Origin: a virus
Lineage: Duplodnaviria; Caudoviricetes
Strand: one strand, 5' to 3'
Length of the DNA: 44,823 nt
Virus record (IMG/VR): IMGVR_UViG_3300033076_001609
Coordinates: 1-44,823 of that record
The position numbers and the translations under genes are program-made. Below the pieces are notes generated by a model. The model was not told the DNA's origin. It searched no databases and worked only from the letters and a program-made list of their open reading frames with translations. Positions within the stretch are counted from its first letter, which is position 1. The number at the start of each line of letters is the position of its first letter. Positions 1 through 7,992 of the stretch are shown here, one piece after another.

Positions 1-2666
1 ATTTTATCTTTCCAACTTTTGACGTATCCGACGACTTGATTACCGCTCGTGTTTGCTTCAATGTATTGGGCAACTGGGCGAGTTGGAAGCGTAAAGCCAA
101 GTGCTTCGATTTGAGCTTCCGACTTTGTTAATTCTCCGCCACCGTTTTGATCGAATAGGAGTTTAACATCGCCGCTCAGCCCTTCAAAAGCTCCTAACGA
201 ATACAGAAAACGACAGACGCGTGATGTACACTCACGCTTTTTGATACGGGTTCGAAAATCTTCGATGGACAAAAATTGACCACCTTTTTCCAATTCTTCA
301 GCAATGCGTGCCGCTCCGGTTTCGCTAAGATTTTTGACAACACTAAGCGGCATCACAATTTCATCACGATCATTGATTGAAAAAGTTGCCGCACTCACAT
401 TGACGTGAGGTGTGTTAACCTTAACGCCTATGCGAGCGGCTTCCAGTAGGTATGCTTGAATGTTGTCAATATCGTAGTTCAACATCGCGGCATAGAAAAC
501 TTTCGGATGATAGCGCTTAAACCACGCCATCTCATAAGCAATTTTTGCGTAAGCTGTGGAGTGAGCAAGATTGAACGAGTAGCGCGTGTGTGTATAAAGT
601 TCGCCCCACAGTTGCTCAAGTGCGGCTGATGCAATATCAATCTTACACTCTCTAATGAAAGTTGCATGAAGATCGACAACTTTTTGCTCCCACACCGGAT
701 CTCCAGGTTTTGCTTTGAAGATTACGCGACGAAGCATATCAGCTTCAGCAAGAGAACCTCCAAGTACTGTTGCAAAAATCATCATAACTTGTTCTTGAAA
801 AACGATGGCGCCATTTGTTTCAACGAGAATCGCATCGATCGCCGGATGAATTTTTCTAGGATTACGCTTCAAATCGGGATAAATTTCAGCAGTCCCGGCA
901 TCGAGCGCACCGGGGCGGTAGAGTGAATTGATAACACAAAGGTCAGCGAAGGTTCGTGGTGCGATTTTCATTGTGAGCAACCGAATACCATCACTGCCAG
1001 TCCACTGAAAAATTCCAAGCACGTTACCTTCACAAAAAATATCGAAAACTGGCGAGTTGTCGATAATTTCAGGACAATCAGTTGCGCCGATCATTGATCG
1101 CATCATACGCAATTGAGTTAGAGCACTCAATCCAAGTAGATCAAACTTAACGACTCCAACGCGAGTAAGCTCCTTCTGATCTCCTTCAGTCCAAGCAGCG
1201 ACAAGCGCCCCACCAACCTGCTCTGCTGGCAGCGGCATTTCGGTGATTACAACGCCGCCTGCATGTTTTCCAGCATGGCGAACTTGATCTTGCATAGCCT
1301 CGTATGCCGGCATGGCATCTGGGTGAAGAGCCGTCCACTCAGCAAACTCATCGCTGTCTGGACCTTTTTCAGAAGCCGAATCGCTCAGTGTACGATCAAG
1401 TTTCAAAACGCGAGCAATATCATCGATGGTATTTTTATGTCCATAATGCGAATAAGTTGCAACCGGGAATGCTCCCCATTTTCGAACAGCGTAATCGATA
1501 ACTTCTTGCCGGCGCTCAGATTCGAAGTCAACGTCGACATCGGGATATTCTTTGCGAAATGGATTCAAAAAACGCTCAAAATAGAGTTTATAGTAGACCG
1601 GATCGACTGAAGTGATTCCAAGAAGATAGAGAACATACGAGCCAGCAGCCGATCCGCGACCTGGACCAACCATGATACCTTCATTTTTCGCCCACCCGAC
1701 TATATCATCAAGAATGCAAAAGTAGTCGAGAAAGTCCATGTCTGTGAGAGTTTTCAACTCAAGAGCACAACGTTCATGGCGGACTTCGGCATCAGTCGGA
1801 TTCTTGGCAACGTCTTGATGGAGAGCATCTGATACTTTTTGAAAAAAAGCAGCGCGAAGGTGTGTTGCTTTCGGCAACGTCGGCGGCGCAAACATGTTCC
1901 AAGTTTCAGCACCCTCAGCAAATTCTTTGGCCGTTCTCATCCAAGTGATAACCTCAGAATCACTGAAAAATGCTCGACCTCGTTGAACCATTTCATCACG
2001 ACTTTTTAACCAAAGTGAATCGCTGTCGTATGAAAAACCTTTACGACATTCAGTCAAAATTTTGTGAACACGGGAAAGATTTGAAAAAGGATAGTGAACA
2101 TCATTCGTAACCAAAATCGGCAACTCGAGTTTCTTGGCAACTGCAAGAGGGCGAGATGTTGTGTTTTCATCGAGGACAAACATCATCTCAGCATAAATGT
2201 TTTGTTGGCCAAAAATGTCACGCATTGTTCCGGCAAAGTGAACGGCATCACTCAATGAGCCGGCATGAATTGGCGACGCCGGGCATCCGGTAAAAAGTGC
2301 GATATCACCAGCATTTTGCGCCATGATTTCTGGAGTCATGAGTGGAAAACCGCTGGTCCAGTTTCGGTGGGCGGCATTCGACATCGCGATCAAATTTTTG
2401 AATCCGTTATAGTTGCGGGCATTTAGAGTGATGTGATGTCGTTGCCCGTTCCATAGCATATAAGCTTCAAGACCGATGATTGGTTTGATGCCGTTATCTT
2501 TGCAAGCCGAATAGAAAGCTACAGTATTGCCGAGTGTGCCGTGATCGGTCATGGCAAGCTCAGAGTACCCAAGGTTTGCAGCCTGCTTAACAAGTTTCTC
2601 AACTGTGCAAAGACCGTCTGGGCTCGCATCAGTATGAACGTGACAGTGGCAAAAATCTACAGACAT
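1..2666 (-). CDS. dnaE: DNA polymerase III alpha subunit (family C, DnaE-like); 3' end runs off the window
   Basis: Absent from the ORF track because it has no stop in the window. Manual translation from ATG at 2666 gives MSVDFCHCHVHTD...AMTDHGTL...IIGLEAY...VTNDVHY (PHP domain), VGPGRGSAAGS, FERFLNP, PDVDVDF and VKFDLLGL (catalytic Asp motifs), GKHAGGVVI, VFQEQVM and YSFNLAHS. Confidence 0.97.
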   Translation of the reverse strand, partial: MSVDFCHCHVHTDASPDGLCTVEKLVKQAANLGYSELAMTDHGTLGNTVAFYSACKDNGIKPIIGLEAYMLWNGQRHHITLNARNYNGFKNLIAMSNAAHRNWTSGFPLMTPEIMAQNAGDIALFTGCPASPIHAGSLSDAVHFAGTMRDIFGQQNIYAEMMFVLDENTTSRPLAVAKKLELPILVTNDVHYPFSNLSRVHKILTECRKGFSYDSDSLWLKSRDEMVQRGRAFFSDSEVITWMRTAKEFAEGAETWNMFAPPTLPKATHLRAAFFQKVSDALHQDVAKNPTDAEVRHERCALELKTLTDMDFLDYFCILDDIVGWAKNEGIMVGPGRGSAAGSYVLYLLGITSVDPVYYKLYFERFLNPFRKEYPDVDVDFESERRQEVIDYAVRKWGAFPVATYSHYGHKNTIDDIARVLKLDRTLSDSASEKGPDSDEFAEWTALHPDAMPAYEAMQDQVRHAGKHAGGVVITEMPLPAEQVGGALVAAWTEGDQKELTRVGVVKFDLLGLSALTQLRMMRSMIGATDCPEIIDNSPVFDIFCEGNVLGIFQWTGSDGIRLLTMKIAPRTFADLCVINSLYRPGALDAGTAEIYPDLKRNPRKIHPAIDAILVETNGAIVFQEQVMMIFATVLGGSLAEADMLRRVIFKAKPGDPVWEQKVVDLHATFIRECKIDIASAALEQLWGELYTHTRYSFNLAHSTAYAKIAYEMAWFKRYHPKVFYAAMLNYDIDNIQAYLLEAARIGVKVNTPHVNVSAATFSINDRDEIVMPLSVVKNLSETGAARIAEELEKGGQFLSIEDFRTRIKKRECTSRVCRFLYSLGAFEGLSGDVKLLFDQNGGGELTKSEAQIEALGFTLPTRPVAQYIEANTSGNQVVGYVKSWKDK

Positions 2667-2687
2667 AAGCGTTTCTCCGTAAAGCAA

Positions 2688-3497
2688 TTAGAAGTTGATT
2701 TTTGTAAATTCAATCTTATTAAGAGAAGTCGACGTATACCATGGTTGAATACGAAATCCATGGTATCGCCCATCTTTTTGAAACGGCAAATGATCATCGG
2801 CCATTGCAAATGCCGAATTCTTGTAAAACTCAACGGTTGACGAAACAGATTCAAAATTCCAATCAAGACTACAATCAAGTGGTTCGTCAACCTCGACACC
2901 AAGATGCTTCGTTGATTCATAAACATGCAATGAGCCAACGTTAGCAACAATTCGCCCATCATATTTTCCAAGCAACTCAGAAAAAAACTGCAAAACACTT
3001 GAATACATAACGATATCCATTGGGAGTCCAAAAACAGCATCCCACGATCGAACATTAACAATCGCACTGAGTCGCGATTTTTCAATGAAGAATTGCATCG
3101 AGGTTGTGCACGCGATATCACTGGCATCCTGATTGCGATTGTTAAAAAACAAAACCGCACGTCGAGTATCACGATCATCCTCAAGAAACTTAAGAACTCT
3201 CTCGTATTGCGGAGCAAGGCGTGTTCCGTAATCACTCTGTTTCTCGTAAAGTGAATGATTGGCGCGAGGTGCGACTTTTTTGATTAACTCAATGTCGAAA
3301 AAGCCGCCGAGAAGCATCGCTGACTCGAGGAGTGCCAGGCGATGGTTGATGTTTTTGCGCTGAATCAAAAGTCCAGATTCAAAGCTGAGTGAGCAACCGC
3401 GAATCTCGTAAGTCGTGATTCCGCGCGGGCTGCGTTTTGTTCCATTTTGGATGATGTAATCGACGAGGTCGGTGTATGAGAAGATTTTTGTATCCAT
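2688..3497 (-). CDS. Thymidylate synthase-fold protein, probably dCMP hydroxymethylase-like (cytosine-specific)
   Basis: DTRRAV, catalytic Cys in IACTTSMQF, RSWDAVFGLPMD and GSLHVYE. Asp occupies the position of the Asn in canonical ThyA (GxPFN). Confidence 0.85.
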   Translation of the reverse strand: MDTKIFSYTDLVDYIIQNGTKRSPRGITTYEIRGCSLSFESGLLIQRKNINHRLALLESAMLLGGFFDIELIKKVAPRANHSLYEKQSDYGTRLAPQYERVLKFLEDDRDTRRAVLFFNNRNQDASDIACTTSMQFFIEKSRLSAIVNVRSWDAVFGLPMDIVMYSSVLQFFSELLGKYDGRIVANVGSLHVYESTKHLGVEVDEPLDCSLDWNFESVSSTVEFYKNSAFAMADDHLPFQKDGRYHGFRIQPWYTSTSLNKIEFTKINF

Positions 3498-3560
3498 AGC
3501 GCTGTATCCTTTCGAGGTGTAAAAAAATTCGTTCTGAAAAACAATCTCATCAATAAAGAG

Positions 3561-3589
3561 ATTATAAAACAGAACGAAAATTTTGTAAA
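3561..3589 (-). promoter_or_regulatory. Sigma70-type promoter upstream of the TS-fold gene
   Basis: Minus strand reads TTTACA-17 nt-TATAAT. Confidence 0.7.
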
Positions 3590-3613
3590 GTTTTTAGTTG
3601 TCAGAAGGGGCTA

Positions 3614-4603
3614 TCAATCACGAAATTTAGCCAAGCGTTCAAAAGTCGACAGCCAATCGTCTTCAGTGCCAACGAGCAGTCTAACTTGTTTTAACTGAGA
3701 TTCTAAAATTGATCGATATTCGTCATCACTCTCTGGAGAATGATTGGGGTTGAAACAATCAAGCTCGCTGCGAACGTCGCAAAAAGTGTAAGACGGGAGT
3801 TGGAAGTTGATTAGACCGGCGGCGGCAGCTTCATGCCAGCGAGGACTGATAAAACAACTACTCATGTACTGTTTCTTGCCAAAATGTATCGTGTAGCGAG
3901 AATGCGACAAAATATTAATCAAATCTTTTTGGTCCGAGCGACCTTCAAACTTCATAGTTGGAAAATCGTCAAAAAGATTTTCGGCGCCTCGACTTCCAAT
4001 CCAATGCCCAAAAATTGATCCGCTCGGATGATTGATCAAAATATTTTTCATTTGATCGTATCGGTCATAATTGTTACCGACATAGACAAAATTTCGTACT
4101 CGATCTTTAAGCGGAACATAGACATAATTTTCGAGATCGTGCTGGCATGGAAAAAACATCGTTGTACAACCAGCTGGTGGTACAAGACAAGGTACCCCAA
4201 TCTCAAAAACACAACCGGCATTATACAATACATCGCCAGCTTCGGCGATGCTATCGCCTTCCATGTCGCAATCGTGGATGTAAACTGGAATGTTATGTTT
4301 GATTGCAAAATTGATGAGCATCATTTGGCGAGAATATGCCTCGTTGCGCTGCTGATAACGCTCAATGTTCGGCATTTTCCATCGCCAACAAAGAAAAATC
4401 ATGTCAACGTTTTCCGGCTGCGCAAGCCAATAGTTGAAAATATCCTCGCGATTCGATGACTCGCCAACAGAAACATTTTGAAGATACATTTGATTTTTGG
4501 CAAGTTTTTCATCAAGCCAACTCCAAGCACCGGCTAAAGCCATCGCTGTTTTGAAGTTGTTATCAGTCAGCCCAGGCTCGTAAGTATTGAACAAGATATT
4601 CAT
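3614..4603 (-). CDS. GT-B glycosyltransferase, T4 DNA beta-glucosyltransferase-like
   Basis: C-terminal nucleotide-sugar domain: FVYVGNNYDR, SIFGHW, KFEGRS, TIHFGKKQYMSSCFISPRWHEAAAAG. This resembles, from memory, the T4 BGT segment IGDKNYNDNFITLRVWE. Start overlaps the kinase stop (ATGA). Confidence 0.75.
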   Translation of the reverse strand: MNILFNTYEPGLTDNNFKTAMALAGAWSWLDEKLAKNQMYLQNVSVGESSNREDIFNYWLAQPENVDMIFLCWRWKMPNIERYQQRNEAYSRQMMLINFAIKHNIPVYIHDCDMEGDSIAEAGDVLYNAGCVFEIGVPCLVPPAGCTTMFFPCQHDLENYVYVPLKDRVRNFVYVGNNYDRYDQMKNILINHPSGSIFGHWIGSRGAENLFDDFPTMKFEGRSDQKDLINILSHSRYTIHFGKKQYMSSCFISPRWHEAAAAGLINFQLPSYTFCDVRSELDCFNPNHSPESDDEYRSILESQLKQVRLLVGTEDDWLSTFERLAKFRD

Positions 4604-5139
4604 CGAAGAACTTCTCCTTTCTTTTGCTGCTCAACAAGAAAAAAATCACTCATAATTTGATGAGCAACATCCTGTGAATCAGTGAACGTCGTGTCGTAAC
4701 GAAAACCGGTGATATCAGACATATCCCAATAGCGATAAAAAAGATTGCTGATTGCATCGATATCACCTTCATAAGTACGATTCGTTGCTTCATGACGTTT
4801 TACAAGTGTTTCACGGTCGGCGGTTAAAAGCATATTTACACACAGAAGGCGCGACATCAAGCTATCAAGATAAGAAAAAATTTTGAGATCGATTGGACGC
4901 TGATACAAAGAAGCATAAACAAGTTCAGTTGTGATTCCTCGATCGATGATGTGTATCGTATCATCATCAACTGCAAGTGGTAAAATCTGACCGATCAAAA
5001 CGTGATGGCGAGATATGGGGCTCATTGAAAATTTTTGAACCACAGCATTGCGGCCTTGAGAGAAAAAAAGTTTTCGCAACTCCTGAGCAGTTGTTGTTTT
5101 ACCGACCCTTGCTTGGCCTTCAAGAAAAAGTAGCGACAT
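4600..5139 (-). CDS. dNMP kinase (thymidylate kinase-like P-loop), candidate modified-dCMP kinase
   Basis: LFLEGQARVGKTT P-loop, IIDRG motif and lid L..RH; sits inside the modification cluster. Confidence 0.8.
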   Translation of the reverse strand: MSLLFLEGQARVGKTTTAQELRKLFFSQGRNAVVQKFSMSPISRHHVLIGQILPLAVDDDTIHIIDRGITTELVYASLYQRPIDLKIFSYLDSLMSRLLCVNMLLTADRETLVKRHEATNRTYEGDIDAISNLFYRYWDMSDITGFRYDTTFTDSQDVAHQIMSDFFLVEQQKKGEVLR

Positions 5140-5155
5140 AAATCTCCTTTCACTT

Positions 5156-5665
5156 CTATGAAAGTTTTAACAAAACCTTACGATTTGGAATGCTGATTAA
5201 CTGCTCAAATAGCTTAGCATTCTGTTTTCGTGTTTTTGATTCTAACACATCTTTGACGAACAGTACAACGCCAAACGGCATAGTTTTCACTTTACCGTCT
5301 GAAAAAGGAAGATTCAAAGATTTTGAGGCCTGCTCGTCGATTACAAAATAGCGATACATCTTGTAAAGAATGCGGTTATAGACCGAGCAGCGGTAAGCGG
5401 CTAAATCATCGTCTACGGTTTGACAACGCTGAGAATAAGCGAGCGAAAAATTGCCAGAACCGGCGATCTCCCGACAAGCTTTGAGCTCTGCAGAAAGATC
5501 ACCGGTTGGCTTCTCAATCAAGAAAAGAACATCGCTCTGCTCACCTTGTTCACCGTTTTCACAAACATCACTAAATTTATGAACCAATTGCGGCGATTCG
5601 CTACGGCCGCATTTTGACGTACAAAGTGTGCACTCAGCGACAGCTTTTTCGATTGAGTTAGGCAT
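5156..5665 (-). CDS. Degenerate family-4 uracil-DNA glycosylase-fold protein (4 Cys, putative Fe-S)
   Basis: CTLC...DVLFLIEKP...SLAYSQRC...AAYRCSVY parallels UDG4 CxxC...MFVGEAP...YITNVVKC...IxxCxPY. The GxPFVG and HPS motifs are missing. Confidence 0.55.
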   Translation of the reverse strand: MPNSIEKAVAECTLCTSKCGRSESPQLVHKFSDVCENGEQGEQSDVLFLIEKPTGDLSAELKACREIAGSGNFSLAYSQRCQTVDDDLAAYRCSVYNRILYKMYRYFVIDEQASKSLNLPFSDGKVKTMPFGVVLFVKDVLESKTRKQNAKLFEQLISIPNRKVLLKLS

Positions 5666-6074
5666 TGGCTTTCATCATCTCCAGTTTTTCGGCTACACGA
5701 TCAAAGTTGCGCAAGTTTTTTGCCCGATAGCGAGCTACCAATTCATCAGCATCCCAACCACGAAGGTTTGCCCACGTGAGAACATAATGCAAAACATCGA
5801 TCACTTCTTCATCAGTCGGAGCAAGATCAGTTGGGAAGCGCGGCTTCCATGGCTTAGTTTCGGTAACCCATGGGGCGAAAGCTTCGGCTGCCTCGACAAC
5901 CATCTGCGAAAGCGTAGATTTCAAAGCAGAGTCTGGCGGTAAAAGATAGACGCCGCAAACGTTGCTCAACATTGATTGCCATGCGAGCATTGAAGAGAGA
6001 TGGCCGTCAGCCTCGACTTGCTCAGCATCCTCGGCATCAAAAAGAAATTTTGGTGTTTCAAGTTCGTTAGACAT
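5658..6074 (-). CDS. All-alpha dimeric dCTP/dUTP pyrophosphatase (T4 gp56-like)
   Basis: LSSMLAWQ, VVEAAEA, KPWK and EEVIDVLHYVL...YRAKNLRNFDR match the pattern of the dimeric dUTPase/gp56 family. Confidence 0.85.
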   Translation of the reverse strand: MSNELETPKFLFDAEDAEQVEADGHLSSMLAWQSMLSNVCGVYLLPPDSALKSTLSQMVVEAAEAFAPWVTETKPWKPRFPTDLAPTDEEVIDVLHYVLTWANLRGWDADELVARYRAKNLRNFDRVAEKLEMMKANA

Positions 6075-6095
6075 TGTGTGAATTCTCCTTTCAAA

Positions 6096-6710
6096 TTAAA
6101 AATCTTCCTCAACGATATTGAATTTTTTACCGCCTGAACCACCACTAACAAGACGTTCATACTCGTCGGTAGTAAGCTCAGCTTTCAACAAGTTTTCGAT
6201 TTCAGACGGTGTTCCTTCAAAAATCTTTGTAACAACAAAATCAACAAGAGAATCTTGATTGCCGACCTCTTCAGTATTGATCTTGCCATAAGTTCCTTGA
6301 GACGTCATTGTGTATTTTGCGAACTCGCCGTCGGTACGTGTGAGATCGATGATTAAGCCTCGAATTCCGCCAGCATTTTGGTTGCTCAATCGACGGAGCT
6401 GGTTCCAAAAAGATTTTGGCCCGCGAACAAAGCGCAAAGTTTTCTTACCGTCAGAATCTTTGATTAGCATTGGAACGATAACCGAAAGTCGTGGTTTTAG
6501 GGAAAGCTTTTCAGACGGATCTTTAGGATCGTCAGTATACACCCAAATGATTTCTCGATCCTGTCGATAAAGGTGAATTAGATTTGCTTCAACAACATGA
6601 TCGATATCGACCAAAATTTGTGCTCTAACAGTGCCAGACGGCGGCGTCCAAAGAAGGCGATGACTTTCGTTGTTAGCTTCCTTAACGCCGACTTTAATCT
6701 TCTTAGCCAT
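6096..6710 (-). CDS. Putative single-stranded DNA-binding protein (gp32-like), paralogue 2
   Basis: Colinear with 7238-7873 (DPS, VP[ML]L, GLI.DLTRT.GE..KY); acidic tail ending VEEDF. Start placed at MAKKIK after a GGAG RBS. Confidence 0.6.
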   Translation of the reverse strand: MAKKIKVGVKEANNESHRLLWTPPSGTVRAQILVDIDHVVEANLIHLYRQDREIIWVYTDDPKDPSEKLSLKPRLSVIVPMLIKDSDGKKTLRFVRGPKSFWNQLRRLSNQNAGGIRGLIIDLTRTDGEFAKYTMTSQGTYGKINTEEVGNQDSLVDFVVTKIFEGTPSEIENLLKAELTTDEYERLVSGGSGGKKFNIVEEDF

Positions 6711-6724
6711 GTTTTTGCTCCGTT

Positions 6725-7138
6725 TCACTCTTGATTGGCGTCGATTTTTGACTTAAAGTCGATGCCTAATTTCTCCAACTCAACCTCAGTTAAAACGGTT
6801 ATGTGATGCCCGGCAGCCCTAACCGCGTCAAGTTTCTTTGAATCTTTCTTCAGCGTATAACTCGACTTGATTTCTACATATCCCAACTGATTAACCCAAA
6901 AATCTGGACTGTAATTATGCTTACCACCAAATCGATCAGTGTATTCGAGTTTAATTTTGGGGTGTGCAGTAAAGATTATATCATTCTCATCGAGCCATTT
7001 TGCATAGCGATATTCGTATGAACCTTGAAGCTTGATTTCTTCACCGTTTTTAAGCTTCAAAATGTGCCAGTTGGATGATATTGATGGGCGTTTCGATGAA
7101 AACCGACGCTTGCCATTTGCCGAATTTTTCTTTTTCAT
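6725..7138 (-). CDS. PD-(D/E)XK endonuclease (TnsA-N / endonuclease I-like)
   Basis: SYEYRYAKWLD...YSPDFWV...YVEIKS with a basic N-terminus; start MKKK after GGAG. Confidence 0.75.
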   Translation of the reverse strand: MKKKNSANGKRRFSSKRPSISSNWHILKLKNGEEIKLQGSYEYRYAKWLDENDIIFTAHPKIKLEYTDRFGGKHNYSPDFWVNQLGYVEIKSSYTLKKDSKKLDAVRAAGHHITVLTEVELEKLGIDFKSKIDANQE

Positions 7139-7163
7139 TGTTGCGATCTCCATTGAGGGAGCC

Positions 7164-7217
7164 TAAAGAGCGCCAACAGCTTACGCATTTAGGAGCATAA
7201 ATTGTTGGCGCTCTTTA
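7164..7217. terminator. 15-bp perfect inverted repeat between SSB-1 and the endonuclease gene
   Basis: TAAAGAGCGCCAACA (7164-7178) pairs with TGTTGGCGCTCTTTA (7203-7217). Confidence 0.6.
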
Positions 7218-7237
7218 AGTCGGCAAGGTGATTAAGG

Positions 7238-7873
7238 TTAGAAGTCTTCTGTGGTTACAACGCCAGGTTTGCGAGAAGAGCCAACCGAATTATCACTCGA
7301 CGCGGATTGGCCGCGGAACTTGGCGACGAATTGTTCATAGGTGCCGCCAGTTTGCTTCGTAATGTAATCAATGATGCCAGCGCGATCTTTCACGTCGAGC
7401 ATATCAATCACATCTTGGCTGCTGGGAATCTCATCAGCTTCAGGCATGTTTTTGGCGCGTCGACCAGTATTCGTAACAGAATACTTCGTAGTCAGTCCTT
7501 CGCCAGTTCGCTTCACCTTAACAATAAGGCCAACGAGAGATTCACCGAGTGCCTCGCTGATATCATGCAATTGACTATGCACGGTGCGAGTACACGACCA
7601 AATCTTAATCACCTTATTGCCGTCGATATCGACCAAAACTGGAACATAAGCACGATACGAAGGTTTTGCTCCAATATCGCGAGATGGATCGCCAACATCA
7701 GTACAAGTCCAAATCAAGGCCGGATTAAAATCCCACAAAGCAACCTGCTCAGCTGAAACGATATCACTGACATCATGCAAAATCACGACGTCTTTCGTTT
7801 CACCAGCCTTCAAACCCCAAAACTTGTTAGTATTTTGTTCTTTAGGGCTCGAACCAATACGCACTGTAGACAT
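7238..7873 (-). CDS. Putative single-stranded DNA-binding protein (gp32-like), paralogue 1
   Basis: KFWGLKAGE...RAYVPVLVD...IKIWS...KVKRTGEGLTTKYSV, typical of gp32-like phage SSBs; acidic tail TTEDF; strong AAGGAG RBS. Confidence 0.7.
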   Translation of the reverse strand: MSTVRIGSSPKEQNTNKFWGLKAGETKDVVILHDVSDIVSAEQVALWDFNPALIWTCTDVGDPSRDIGAKPSYRAYVPVLVDIDGNKVIKIWSCTRTVHSQLHDISEALGESLVGLIVKVKRTGEGLTTKYSVTNTGRRAKNMPEADEIPSSQDVIDMLDVKDRAGIIDYITKQTGGTYEQFVAKFRGQSASSDNSVGSSRKPGVVTTEDF

Positions 7874-7943
7874 AGAAAAATCTCCTTTTTGTGTGTGTAA
7901 AAAAAATGAATGTTGTGTTGAAAGTGTGTGTAATATGATTAAG

Positions 7944-7987
7944 CATATCGACTGTTATATCTTATCACACAACAGTCGATATGTAAA
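7944..7987 (-). promoter_or_regulatory. Promoter for the SSB operon with an overlapping 13-bp inverted repeat
   Basis: TTTACA (7987-7982)-17 nt-TAAGAT (7964-7959); arms CATATCGACTGTT (7944-7956) and AACAGTCGATATG (7971-7983). Confidence 0.65.
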
Positions 7988-7992
7988 ATCCG

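Noticed and set aside
2688-3497. Ordinary thyA
   Set aside because: Asp at the specificity position, GT/kinase/dCTPase neighbours, and a separate ThyX in the window.
6725-7138. Tn7-like transposon (TnsA)
   Set aside because: Only a small nuclease domain; no TnsB/C/D or terminal repeats.
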